From the IMG/VR virus record IMGVR_UViG_3300049009_000456, positions 1 through 41,693 of that record: a DNA stretch of 41,693 nt; one strand, 5' to 3'. The notes under the pieces are model-generated. The model searched no databases and had not been told where the DNA came from. It saw nothing but the letters and a program-made list of their open reading frames with translations. Positions 7,647-16,926 of the stretch are shown here, piece by piece; positions within the stretch are counted from its first letter, which is position 1; each line of letters begins with the position of its first letter. Both the position numbers and the translations under genes were made by a program. This DNA is from a virus (taxonomy: Duplodnaviria > Caudoviricetes).

Positions 7647-9031
7647 AGCGATATCTGTTCTCGTCGATCCAGAACGACACCCCGCTCCACCGTCCGACCT
7701 GGAACAACCTGCTGGCCCTGGCCAAGCACTACCAAGCCGAGATCGTCCTATCCCGGTTCGTCTATGACCTGTCCGTGCATAACGAAAGCGGCAAACCGGG
7801 AGCCAAGTCGGCGCGTGAAGAACGATCCTGGGCCAGGGACGCGATGCCCTACGTCTGCGACGAACGCAGGCTTATAGCCCCTGGCCTTGAATGGTGCGGC
7901 GAACTGCAAATACTGCCCACCGCCCGCCGCCCGATCAGCGGCTTCGAAAGCTACACCGGGCGCAACTCCTGCATAATTCCCCACCCCAAACTCGCGCTCG
8001 AAAGCGTAGCATCGGGGAAACACGAGGGTACGAAGCTGATCTACACGACCGGCTGCGTCTCCCGGAAAAACTACATCCAGAAGAAGGCGGGCCAGGTGGC
8101 GCAGTTCCACCATAGCTATGGCGCCCTGCTGGTCGAAGTCTCGGAACGGGGGTGGTTCTGCCGCCAGATCACGGCGGCCAATAACGGCACCATGTACGAC
8201 CTGGACGTTCGCGTCAAGGACGGCAAGGTATCCACGGGCCACCGCGTCGAGGCGATCGTGTGGGGTGACGCCCACGCCCGAAAGGCCGACCCTACCGTGG
8301 CCAAGATGGCGTGGGCCAAGGGCGGTATTCTGGACACCCTTCGCCCCAAGCGGCAGGTCTTTCACGACCTTCTGGACTTCCACGCGCGTAACCATCACGA
8401 GATCGGCAACGGCAGGATGCGCTTTAGACGCTACGTCGGGGCGCCTGAAGATGACTGTGTTGGCGCGGAACTGGATGAAGTTGCCGTCGAACTGGCCAAG
8501 CGTAGCCGCGCATGGTGCGAGAGTATTGTGGTTGCGAGCAATCACGATGGAGCCCTCCTTCGGTGGCTGGACACTGCGGATTACAGGTCTGATCCAAGGA
8601 ATGCGCTCACGTTTCTGGAGTTGCAGTCCGCCGTATATAAATCGGAGGTCGACAAGAACCGCCGCTTCTCCGTGTTCGAGTATGCTATGATGGAACGCGG
8701 CGTGAAGAACGTGAATTTTCTCCGAGAGGACGACAGCTATGTCATCTGTAAGGATAGCCATGGCGGCATTGAACTTGGTATGCATGGGCATCTTGGTGTC
8801 AACGGTGGTCGTGGTTCCATGCTCGGTTTTGCTCGCATGGGGCGTAAAAGTTTCATTGGGCATGGCCATCGAGCCGGTATTACTGATGGGGTATGGATGG
8901 TTGGGACTAGCAGTCTCATGGACCTTGGCTACAATCGTGGTCCTGGTGCTTGGTCGCATACGTTCGGCGTAGCCTACGCGAACGGCAAGCGGTGCATGGT
9001 GACGATCTACAATGGAGCGTGGCATGGTTAG
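7643..9031 (+). CDS. Calcineurin-like metallophosphoesterase/nuclease resembling T5 A1-family proteins
   Basis: WGDAH, HDLLD, SNHD, HGH, GHGH metal motifs; NYIQKKAGQVAQFHHSYGALLVE recalled from A1-like proteins. Confidence 0.75.
   Translation: MKRYLFSSIQNDTPLHRPTWNNLLALAKHYQAEIVLSRFVYDLSVHNESGKPGAKSAREERSWARDAMPYVCDERRLIAPGLEWCGELQILPTARRPISGFESYTGRNSCIIPHPKLALESVASGKHEGTKLIYTTGCVSRKNYIQKKAGQVAQFHHSYGALLVEVSERGWFCRQITAANNGTMYDLDVRVKDGKVSTGHRVEAIVWGDAHARKADPTVAKMAWAKGGILDTLRPKRQVFHDLLDFHARNHHEIGNGRMRFRRYVGAPEDDCVGAELDEVAVELAKRSRAWCESIVVASNHDGALLRWLDTADYRSDPRNALTFLELQSAVYKSEVDKNRRFSVFEYAMMERGVKNVNFLREDDSYVICKDSHGGIELGMHGHLGVNGGRGSMLGFARMGRKSFIGHGHRAGITDGVWMVGTSSLMDLGYNRGPGAWSHTFGVAYANGKRCMVTIYNGAWHG
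8451..8690 (+). CDS. Candidate overprinted 79-aa ORF (+1 frame)
   Basis: Matches a T/A-ending codon patch (~8420-8690); SD weak. Confidence 0.35.
   Translation: MTVLARNWMKLPSNWPSVAAHGARVLWLRAITMEPSFGGWTLRITGLIQGMRSRFWSCSPPYINRRSTRTAASPCSSML
8739..8972 (+). CDS. Candidate overprinted 77-aa polytopic membrane protein (+1 frame)
   Basis: GAGGA at 8726-8730, ATG 8739; about half of host codons end in T across exactly this span; almost wholly hydrophobic with basic ends. Confidence 0.65.
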   Translation: MSSVRIAMAALNLVCMGILVSTVVVVPCSVLLAWGVKVSLGMAIEPVLLMGYGWLGLAVSWTLATIVVLVLGRIRSA

Positions 9032-9488
9032 GTGCAGTGATTGCGGCGCAAGGGGCGGGCACTTCAAGTGGTGCGGGGTGAAGCACATGGAGAGTGAGCC
9101 GATCGCGCCGCTGGGCGCCAAGACTCCGGTGTTCAATGAGGAGAGTGAGCCGCTGGCTGGGGTAGGCCCCGTGTGGCAGAAGCCGTCACTGGCCGGGAGC
9201 TACAACAACATCTCCTCGCCCGCGCACTACGCGCGCTTCACCATCCAGCCGATCGACTTCATTGAGGCCAACGGGCTGGACTTCCTTCAGGCCAGTGTGC
9301 TGAAGTACCTCGTGCGCTTCCCGTTCAAGAACGGTGTGGAAGACCTGCACAAGGCGAGGGATATGCTCAACCGCCTTATCAAGCGGGAGGAAGACAAGCT
9401 AGTGGGGGATGCGGGGCAGGAGGTTGGCGGCGAGCCAGCTACCGACAACCCCGAAGACCGCGCTGATCGCGCCTACCGTACCGAGTAG
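9024..9488 (+). CDS. DUF3310 (T7 gp1.7/SaV-like) protein with N-terminal CxxC
   Basis: ISSPAHY...QPIDFI...VLKYLVRFPFKNGVEDLHKA; GGAG SD. Confidence 0.85.
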   Translation: MVRCSDCGARGGHFKWCGVKHMESEPIAPLGAKTPVFNEESEPLAGVGPVWQKPSLAGSYNNISSPAHYARFTIQPIDFIEANGLDFLQASVLKYLVRFPFKNGVEDLHKARDMLNRLIKREEDKLVGDAGQEVGGEPATDNPEDRADRAYRTE

Positions 9489-9641
9489 CTTGGAACGGCT
9501 CTGCTCCAGGGAGCTGACGCGGGTCGAGATGGACGCGGCGCCTTCCTGGAGCAGGTATTTGATATCCTTGACATCCTGCTCCAGCCTGTCGACCTTGCCT
9601 TCGACACGACCCAGTGAGCGCTCGATCTGCTGGTCTTCCAT
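9399..9641 (-). CDS. Coiled-coil plus C-terminal TM protein (XhlA/holin-like)
   Basis: Heptad N-terminus, LLGTVGAISAVFGVVGSWLA; TAATG-coupled to the tail fibre gene. Confidence 0.65.
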   Translation of the reverse strand: MEDQQIERSLGRVEGKVDRLEQDVKDIKYLLQEGAASISTRVSSLEQSRSKLLGTVGAISAVFGVVGSWLAANLLPRIPH

Positions 9642-10873
9642 TAGAGCTTGACCATGACCCGCCAGAACGTACTGGGCGGCATCGACGAACCTGCGTCGGT
9701 TGTGAAGGCATGCTGATGCGGCCCGTTGCTGACAAAGATGCCCGAAGCGGAGGCGCTGAATTGGCCCACGTTATCGTTACCCGTCGTGCCGGTGTGCGTG
9801 TGCGTTTCCGCACCCGCCGTCACGCCTACCGTCCTGGACGTCAGCCCGCTACCGGCCCCGGCAACGCCCATAAGGCGGCCCAGCGACTTGGGCAGGGCGA
9901 TGGTCTTGTTCGCTGCGTAGTCAGCGGCGGCGCTGGCCCCGCGTCCGGTCGAAACCGCCGCCTGGGCATCTGCGAAATTAGTCCAAAGCAACGTGAACAG
10001 GGCAGACGTGTCAGCGTTGGCGCGCGTGGTTCCGCCGCTGGCTGCGTTGCCGATCGTGCCGTCGTCGAGGAGGACCCAGCCGGTGTCGGCGGTCGCCTTC
10101 CATGTCCACTTGAGGTCGCCGGTATCCCACGGCCCCGCGGCCCACGCAGGCTGGCCGCTCACGACTGTGAAGACCTGGCCGGTCGTGCCGATCGCCACGC
10201 GCTCTACAGCCGAGGCGCCACGCCGCAGGATATCTCCAGCGGTAGTGAGCAAGCCCCCGAGTACCTGGGCCAGGGTCCGGTTGCGCCACACCGATCCACT
10301 TGAGTTATACTCCAGGAGATCGAGGTTCTGCACAGTCGAGATCAGGATGGGCAGGTCGGTACCGCTGTCAAATGCGTCTACGTTATCCCAGCCGTCTTCG
10401 TCGCTGTTTCCGGCCAGGACCTTGCCCGATACCGGCAGGGGGAAACTGATATCCCCGCTTTCCGGGTCGTAGGTAGCCGGAAGTTGGGGCGTCTGGCGGG
10501 CGCGGCGGCGGACCTGCTGGACCTGCATGGTGGCCCGGTCCAGGCCCTCCTCGTTCACGTCCGCGGGGAAGCCGTCGTTCGGCTCGTAGTCGATCTCCTG
10601 GGTGTAGGGGATTTCGCGCTGGATGACGAGGGTGGAGCCAGAAGCGTAGGTCGAAACGGTGGTGAGGGAGCCCGTGGTCCCGGCGCCCCCGGTCACGGTG
10701 TAGTTGGTAGTCAGCGTCAAGACTGTCTCGACCGCCGTGGTGTTATTGACTAGAATGACTTCCAGGTCAGTGTTGTCAAAGAACACAAAGGGTACGGAAA
10801 ATACGGTGGTGGAGCCGTTGGTCGAGTACCCGACGCGCGACTGGTCGGATGGGACAGTATAACGTACCTTCAT
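9641..10873 (-). CDS. Tail fibre (T7 gp17-like N-terminal adaptor plus tail-collar domain)
   Basis: YSTNGSTTVFSVPFVFF...EEGLDRATMQVQQ; TGDLK..GWVLLDDGTIG..ALFTLLW. Confidence 0.85.
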   Translation of the reverse strand: MKVRYTVPSDQSRVGYSTNGSTTVFSVPFVFFDNTDLEVILVNNTTAVETVLTLTTNYTVTGGAGTTGSLTTVSTYASGSTLVIQREIPYTQEIDYEPNDGFPADVNEEGLDRATMQVQQVRRRARQTPQLPATYDPESGDISFPLPVSGKVLAGNSDEDGWDNVDAFDSGTDLPILISTVQNLDLLEYNSSGSVWRNRTLAQVLGGLLTTAGDILRRGASAVERVAIGTTGQVFTVVSGQPAWAAGPWDTGDLKWTWKATADTGWVLLDDGTIGNAASGGTTRANADTSALFTLLWTNFADAQAAVSTGRGASAAADYAANKTIALPKSLGRLMGVAGAGSGLTSRTVGVTAGAETHTHTGTTGNDNVGQFSASASGIFVSNGPHQHAFTTDAGSSMPPSTFWRVMVKL

Positions 10874-10910
10874 GGTACGGATACTATCACGTTACTGGGG
10901 GAGCTGTCGA
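10874..10910 (-). promoter_or_regulatory. Putative leaderless promoter for the tail fibre
   Basis: TCGACA-N18-TAGTAT (extended TG), ATG 7 nt downstream, no SD. Confidence 0.5.
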
Positions 10911-13900
10911 GGAGTGAGCCCGTAGCGCTGGACGAGGTTTTCTTCGGCCTGGTCCAGGATACCGCGGAAGGCGATAAAGTTCTGTAGGGGCATGATCCGG
11001 CGCAGGTTATGGACGTCCGACCCGGTCAGGGAGCCGTCCGCTATACCGCGCACCGCCTTGGCCGTGTCGTCCACGAGGCCCGCCGTGGAGCCTAGCGCCT
11101 GACCTACGAAACCCCGCCCCGCGGTGCGCTCCGTCTGCCCGCCCGACAGAAGTGTGACCGGGCTGTTGCCTGTGGCCTTCTTGATTATGGCGTCAGTCTC
11201 CATGAACCGTGAGGCTACGCCCGCCCGGTCGAACCCCTCGCGCACCCAGCCTCGGGCATCGCGCTTCTGGTCGATCTGCCCGTCGCGCACGATATCTCGC
11301 ATGGCCGCGGACACCATGCCCAGCCCGATCATCGCGGCCACGGACGTCAGGGCGCCTGCGTCGCGGTCCTGTAGACCGGAGATCAGGATACGCTGGTGGG
11401 TGGCCCAGCCGAAACCCTGGAACTGGGTCAGGTTCTTGCCCACTTCCGTCTGCGTCCACAGGGGCTTATCCGCCGCAGTCGGGCTGATAATCATGTTGTC
11501 GATATGCCGCATGAGCGCGTCACTGAACTTGTTGGCCGCCGACTGGTCCTTCCACTTCTCGGTGTTGGCGACGTAGAAACCCCGGCTCGCCTCCTCCCAG
11601 TTGGGCTGCTCCTTGAAGATGGCCAGCGCGGTGTCCTTGTCGATCCCGAGCGAGGCCAGCATGGTACGCCACTTGGCGCTGATCTCCTGGCCCTTGCCGA
11701 TCTTCTCGATATTCCGCAGCATATCGTCGGTGCCGAGATAGGAGATACGCGCCTTCTGGTAGACGGTCCACGGGGACACACCAAACAGGACGAGCGCCTT
11801 GTGCGCGGCGATGCCGGTGGCCATTTCCAGCTTGGACTGGCGCGTTACCTGCTCCGATAGATCAGCGATCTGGCCAGCACGCCCGCCCAGCACCATGTCG
11901 GTGGCCGTGCCTACGCGCTGCGCTTCCTTGATACCCAGCTTCACCATCTTGAAGCCGTCTACGAAGTCGCCGATCGCGGAACCGAAAATCTTCATAAAGC
12001 CATGGACGACCATGGGGCGCGCGAGGTCGGGGAGCTGCGAAATAATCGACGAGCCCATGAGACGCACAACATTGAAGTCACGCATGATCTTGCCCGCGGA
12101 ACGGAGGCCGCTGTAGCGCGGGTCGAGGGGGGTAGGGTCGGTGCCGCGGATGCGGTGGATCGTCTCGGTGAGGACCCGGCTTTCGCGGTCGAAGTCGTTC
12201 ATGATCTTCTTCGCCTCCGCGCCCTCCTTCTTGCCCGGCCCCAGGTCGTCGACCATGTTGTCGGCTTCGCGCTTCATGGCGTCGATCATGTCGGCCACGC
12301 CCTTGTCGCCGTCCAGTATCTTTTTGTAACCAATATCCGCGGACATGGTACGGACGTACTGGGCCATGACGTTCACGACATTGCGATCGACGAAGTCCTT
12401 CGTGGAGTACCGCCCATCGGACGTCACGAAGTCATCGGGGATTTTGAACGTGCGCTCCTTGGCCGAGCCGCGCCCCTCGGACACCTTGATCTCGGGGATC
12501 AGGCGGCCCTCGGGTGAGCCCATGATCTTGTGCATGACCTCGCTGGCCGCCTCGGCTGCGTCGTCGGCGTTGGCGCCGGTACGCATGAAGTAGTCCTGCG
12601 CGAGCGCGCGGAAGCCGGATGGGTTGGTACGGATTTTCTCGGCTTGCCACGCACGATACAAATGGGACTTGCCTTTGCCGAGGCCGGGGTTGCCGTCCTT
12701 GAACACGCCAACCTTGAACTCGGTCGCCAGGTCGGCCAGTTTGTCGTCGATAATGCGGTAGGACTTGGCCGCATCGCTGATCGTCTTGTGCGCGCCGACG
12801 TCGCCCTTGGTCATGGCCTCGGCTACCGCCTGGTTGAACTCCAGACGGCTCATAGGCGGGGCCTCGCCTGCCTTCACGGCCTGCTTGTAACCGTCGAAAC
12901 CCTGCGCCGCGATCTTCTCGACCTGTAGCATCAAGGGGTTGCCGATACGGGCGATCTCCGTGTGCAGGTCAGGCGGGGCGGCGATGCCCTGGAAATGGCC
13001 GCCCGTTGTCATGCCGGTGTAGACGAGACGCTGGATGGCATCGCGGGCTACCGCGAACCGCGACATGGACAGCTCGATCGCAGGCGAGGCCATGCCGATC
13101 TTCTTCAGGTACGCGCTGACCTGCGCCGCGCCCAGCGAACTACGCAGGCGGTTGATATCGCCGTAGACCGGGGTGTACGCGGGGGCGTTCTCGCCCGTGG
13201 CCGCAGACGACAGGTCGCCCGCCTTGGCGCCCTCGGTCGGGACCTCGACCTTCGGAGGCTCCGGGGCCTTGCCCCCGCCTCGCGTGCCGACGATCTTCTT
13301 GCCGCTGATAAAGGACACCGTCTGCGCCTTGCCCTCTACCGGGAACCGGGCGAAGCCTTCCAGCCAGGCCATCGGGTCCTTGGGCTTGAGCGCCAGCGGG
13401 TCCTTGCCTTCGTCCAGCGCCGCCTTCATCTTCTGGTACATGTCCGCGATTTCACCGGACAGTTTGGCGCGGTCGGCGGGCTCGATCCGCCTGCCCACCT
13501 CGTCGATCGTATCGCGCGTGGTCTTGATGGCCTTGGCCAGTTTCGCCTCGGCCTGCTCCCACCGCGTCGTCGCCTCGTCCATCTCGTTTAGCATACGGTT
13601 GAGCGTGACTGCGGGCTGGGCGCCCTCGCGGATTTGGGCTGCGCGAGCCTTGGCCGCAGGCGTGCCTTCGCGATCGAGCGCGGCCAGCATGTCGAGGGTC
13701 GGCTTGTCCTTGATCGTGGGCGCGCGGGAGAACAGGGTGGGGTCGGCGCTCAGACGATCGATGCGGTCTTGGAGGATTTCAACTTCGCGCATGGACTTCG
13801 TGACGTCGTCCATGATCTTCGGGTGCTGCTCGGACACATGGTTGAGCAGGTCGCGATCGGTCAGGGCGTTGTCGTAGACGCGGTTGAGTTTGAAGTTCGG

Positions 13901-14689
13901 GCTGTTGTCGGCGTCGAGAAAGCGGGCGACAGGCGTGCTGTCGTACAGGTTCGTGCGCGGAGGAGGGAAGTCACCCAGCCCTGCGGCCCGAAGCTGCGTC
14001 GTGATCTCGACCTCCAGACGCGGGCGGGCGTCACCAAGAAACGCGCCGAGCGCCTTGGCCTCGGGACGCGACAGCGCGCCCGCAGCGGAGCCCAGTACGC
14101 CGCCCAGGAGGAACGCGCCGATAACGCTGGCCGCGCTCTCCTCCATAGTGCGCGTGCGCTGGGTGCCTTGCAGGATGCTCTCCTGGATGGCAGCGCCCGC
14201 AGCGGCGGACGTGCCTACGGTGAGGAGCGAACCGGCTGCGCGGACGGCGGTGCCGCCCTTGACCAGCGGTCCCGCAATGGGGATCAGGGTGGACAGCGAG
14301 GCCGCGCCGCCAGCCATGCTCGCCAACCACTCGGGCAGGGGGCCATCGGCCAGCGCCGCCTTCATCGTCTTCTCACGCTCGATCTGCGCGCGAATATGTT
14401 CTATGTCGCGGTCGCTGTAGGCGTCGGTGAAGCGGTTGGAATACGCCTTCTCCTCGGGCAGAAGCTTGTCGTCCACCGTGAAGCTGCGCGCGGCCTCCGG
14501 GTCTTCATACGGAAGCATGAAGTCGGGGGCGGGCTGCGCTGCGGCCATGGACCCGATATCGCTTTCCATGGTCCACGCCGCGGAGAGCTGCTTGCCGAGC
14601 CGTTCATCGAGCGGGGCCTGCGGCGACGACGGCGCGAGGCGGCGCGTAACCTCCGGTGAAAGGACTACGTTCTCGTCATCCAACGGCAC
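10892..14689 (-). CDS. Large internal virion/ejection protein (gp16-like position)
   Basis: 1265 aa, helical and Ala-rich, last of three core genes; QFQGF and RRIMPLQN near the C-terminus. Confidence 0.75.
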   Translation of the reverse strand: MPLDDENVVLSPEVTRRLAPSSPQAPLDERLGKQLSAAWTMESDIGSMAAAQPAPDFMLPYEDPEAARSFTVDDKLLPEEKAYSNRFTDAYSDRDIEHIRAQIEREKTMKAALADGPLPEWLASMAGGAASLSTLIPIAGPLVKGGTAVRAAGSLLTVGTSAAAGAAIQESILQGTQRTRTMEESAASVIGAFLLGGVLGSAAGALSRPEAKALGAFLGDARPRLEVEITTQLRAAGLGDFPPPRTNLYDSTPVARFLDADNSPNFKLNRVYDNALTDRDLLNHVSEQHPKIMDDVTKSMREVEILQDRIDRLSADPTLFSRAPTIKDKPTLDMLAALDREGTPAAKARAAQIREGAQPAVTLNRMLNEMDEATTRWEQAEAKLAKAIKTTRDTIDEVGRRIEPADRAKLSGEIADMYQKMKAALDEGKDPLALKPKDPMAWLEGFARFPVEGKAQTVSFISGKKIVGTRGGGKAPEPPKVEVPTEGAKAGDLSSAATGENAPAYTPVYGDINRLRSSLGAAQVSAYLKKIGMASPAIELSMSRFAVARDAIQRLVYTGMTTGGHFQGIAAPPDLHTEIARIGNPLMLQVEKIAAQGFDGYKQAVKAGEAPPMSRLEFNQAVAEAMTKGDVGAHKTISDAAKSYRIIDDKLADLATEFKVGVFKDGNPGLGKGKSHLYRAWQAEKIRTNPSGFRALAQDYFMRTGANADDAAEAASEVMHKIMGSPEGRLIPEIKVSEGRGSAKERTFKIPDDFVTSDGRYSTKDFVDRNVVNVMAQYVRTMSADIGYKKILDGDKGVADMIDAMKREADNMVDDLGPGKKEGAEAKKIMNDFDRESRVLTETIHRIRGTDPTPLDPRYSGLRSAGKIMRDFNVVRLMGSSIISQLPDLARPMVVHGFMKIFGSAIGDFVDGFKMVKLGIKEAQRVGTATDMVLGGRAGQIADLSEQVTRQSKLEMATGIAAHKALVLFGVSPWTVYQKARISYLGTDDMLRNIEKIGKGQEISAKWRTMLASLGIDKDTALAIFKEQPNWEEASRGFYVANTEKWKDQSAANKFSDALMRHIDNMIISPTAADKPLWTQTEVGKNLTQFQGFGWATHQRILISGLQDRDAGALTSVAAMIGLGMVSAAMRDIVRDGQIDQKRDARGWVREGFDRAGVASRFMETDAIIKKATGNSPVTLLSGGQTERTAGRGFVGQALGSTAGLVDDTAKAVRGIADGSLTGSDVHNLRRIMPLQNFIAFRGILDQAEENLVQRYGLTPRQLPQ

Positions 14690-16926
14690 TAGCGGTTCCC
14701 CTTGGCCTTGCGGCCCTCATCCCTCATACGCTTGAGACGTTCATCCGCGACCGGGTCGGTAACGGGCTTCTTCACTTCGATATCGAGGTTGCGCGCCTTC
14801 TCGTCTCGCATCAAGCGATCGCGCTCGGCTTCCATGTAGACCGGGTTTTCCTTGACGTCGGCGGGTGTCGGCAAGCGATAGCGCAACGGGCCATTGGCCG
14901 TGGCGATCGGCTCAAGCAGGTCGCCGCGCAGCACGAAAATCTGGTAGGTCAGTTTGCGGCCAGCTCGGGCGTCGTCGGCGGTAATGGCGTCCGCTCGCAG
15001 CTCAACTACTGGAGCCCCCGTCAGGTCCTTGCTCGGGCTTGGGCCGATACCGCGGTTCTTGAAGATGACGTCCAGTTCTGCCATGACCAGTTTGGAACGC
15101 TGGTCGGCGCTCAAGGTCGGGAAGTCGTTCATAAACTTCTCGGGCGGGTAAGCCTGGATCGTGGCCTTACCTTGGCCAGACATGCCCGTCGTTCCCGGCG
15201 CAACCCCAAACTCCTCCAGACCCGGACCCTGTTCTACCTGCTTCGCGTCCAGCACGCCCACCTTCGTGGGGCCATAGGTGTCCTGAATTTTCTTGGCGGC
15301 CAGCGCCTTGGAGCGCTCCTCGTTTCCGTTTGTGGAAACCATCGCCTCCTTGAACACGCGCTCGTACACCGCGCCCATCTTTGCCGACATGTCCGGGGTG
15401 GCGATAAACGGTATATTGCGCTCCGCGAAGGACGTCACCGCTTCCAGCGCGAGGTTGGTCGGGTTCATCTTCTTCAGTCGATCGGTCCCCAGGTCCCGCA
15501 GGTCTTTCTCCCCTTGCAGGGTCAACTTGTCCTTGGGCATTTCCGTCTGCGCGGCTTGCTTGTAGGCTTCGTCCTTCGGGATACCGTCGTGCATGAGACG
15601 CTTGGCCTCCGCGCGCACGCGGTTCACAACACCCGTATCCGACAGGGTAACGCCCGCGATCTTGCCCGGCGCCCGCGCCTCGATTGCGTCCATGGCTTCC
15701 GCGGCGTAGGCTACAGAGCCCGCCTGCTGGGGGTTCGTGATGCTATCGGCGTTGGAGACAAGGTCCCTCATCTGCGTAGGCAGATATCCGGTTCCCGCCG
15801 CCATACTCGTGGCCAGTGTGATGGCCGCGGCGCGCTGTTCGGGGGTGCCTTGCAAGGCGATACGCCCGAAGGGGACGTTGCCAAACTGGTTGGCAAACCC
15901 CCTGTCCGCGTTCTCCTGGTTTGACAGCGTGCCCGTGGCCAACTGCTCCGCGGCGACGGCGTTCTTCTTGGCCTCGACCTGAAAGCGCTGGTTCTCGTTA
16001 TTCCACGTCTTCACCGCCATCAAATGATGCTCGGGCGAGATCGCGCCGCGAGCCTTCATCTGGTCCAGCCGTTCGCGTGTGTTCGGGTCGATCTCTTTCT
16101 TACCGTTGAACTGGTCCTCGATATCGAGCAGAACCGTGGACGCATTGGCGGTGCGGGCGCGATCACCGTCAGCGCGGGCCTTGCTTTCCTTGCTGTCTAC
16201 ATAGCTCGACAGGCCGGTAATGACGCTCGTGTCCAGATGCTCGGCCTGCGCCTTGATGGCCGCACGAGCCCCGCCGAAGTTGCCCTTCTCCGCGTAGCCG
16301 ATAACCTGGTTCTTGGCGAACTCATCGGCGGCCTTGCGCGAGAAAGCGCGGAGCTGGTTGGGGTCCATGCCGACCTTCAGGCGTTCCATGTCCGCCTGGT
16401 GCTCGGCCAGATAGTTATTGGCGCCCGCGGGATCGTTCCTGATCTTGGCCGCGGTGGCGTTCATGGCATCACCCGCGGACATGAGGGCTTCCTTGCCCAC
16501 GGCGTCCTTGCGGAGTTTAATGCCGATAAGCTCCGCACCGGCTGCGTGGCGGGTGAAGCGGCGCTCCAGATCGTTCTTGACCTCGGACGTGGTAATGCCC
16601 GAAGTCGACAGCGCGTTCTTGCCCGCGTCTCCCCAAATCTGTTTGATCTTGTCCTGATAGTCCGGGGCCATCGGGTCCAGCTCGGACATGGCCTTCTCTG
16701 CCGTGGTCACGCCTTCCGTCTCGGCCTTCACCGACGCGACACTGTCGCGCTCAATGTTGATCTTGTTGACCGCTTCCAGCGCGACCGCAGCGCCAAGGCC
16801 AATGTCCGTGGCCGTCGTGTTCTTGAAGCCCCCGACGTTGGGGCCACCCGCCGCTACCGATCGAGCGCGGTTGCCCGTGCTTTCAAACTCGGTGCCGGGG
16901 AGGCGCAGCCCTTTACCGCTGGCCAT
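14689..16926 (-). CDS. Internal virion/ejection protein (gp15-like position)
   Basis: 745 aa helical; gene order; coupled starts and stops. Confidence 0.7.
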   Translation of the reverse strand: MASGKGLRLPGTEFESTGNRARSVAAGGPNVGGFKNTTATDIGLGAAVALEAVNKINIERDSVASVKAETEGVTTAEKAMSELDPMAPDYQDKIKQIWGDAGKNALSTSGITTSEVKNDLERRFTRHAAGAELIGIKLRKDAVGKEALMSAGDAMNATAAKIRNDPAGANNYLAEHQADMERLKVGMDPNQLRAFSRKAADEFAKNQVIGYAEKGNFGGARAAIKAQAEHLDTSVITGLSSYVDSKESKARADGDRARTANASTVLLDIEDQFNGKKEIDPNTRERLDQMKARGAISPEHHLMAVKTWNNENQRFQVEAKKNAVAAEQLATGTLSNQENADRGFANQFGNVPFGRIALQGTPEQRAAAITLATSMAAGTGYLPTQMRDLVSNADSITNPQQAGSVAYAAEAMDAIEARAPGKIAGVTLSDTGVVNRVRAEAKRLMHDGIPKDEAYKQAAQTEMPKDKLTLQGEKDLRDLGTDRLKKMNPTNLALEAVTSFAERNIPFIATPDMSAKMGAVYERVFKEAMVSTNGNEERSKALAAKKIQDTYGPTKVGVLDAKQVEQGPGLEEFGVAPGTTGMSGQGKATIQAYPPEKFMNDFPTLSADQRSKLVMAELDVIFKNRGIGPSPSKDLTGAPVVELRADAITADDARAGRKLTYQIFVLRGDLLEPIATANGPLRYRLPTPADVKENPVYMEAERDRLMRDEKARNLDIEVKKPVTDPVADERLKRMRDEGRKAKGNR

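Noticed and set aside
5220-8972. T-rich patches as cytosine-deamination or methylation mutation tracts
   Set aside because: Not excluded but disfavoured: patch edges coincide with SD/start and stop codons, and the T bias follows the coding strand in both + and - genes.
7748-9136. 462-aa antisense ORF, and similar long antisense ORFs (14656..15924, 13634..14659, 39485..40363, 40363..41133)
   Set aside because: In-register antisense shadows are expected opposite high-GC3 genes; no SD, motif or operon context.
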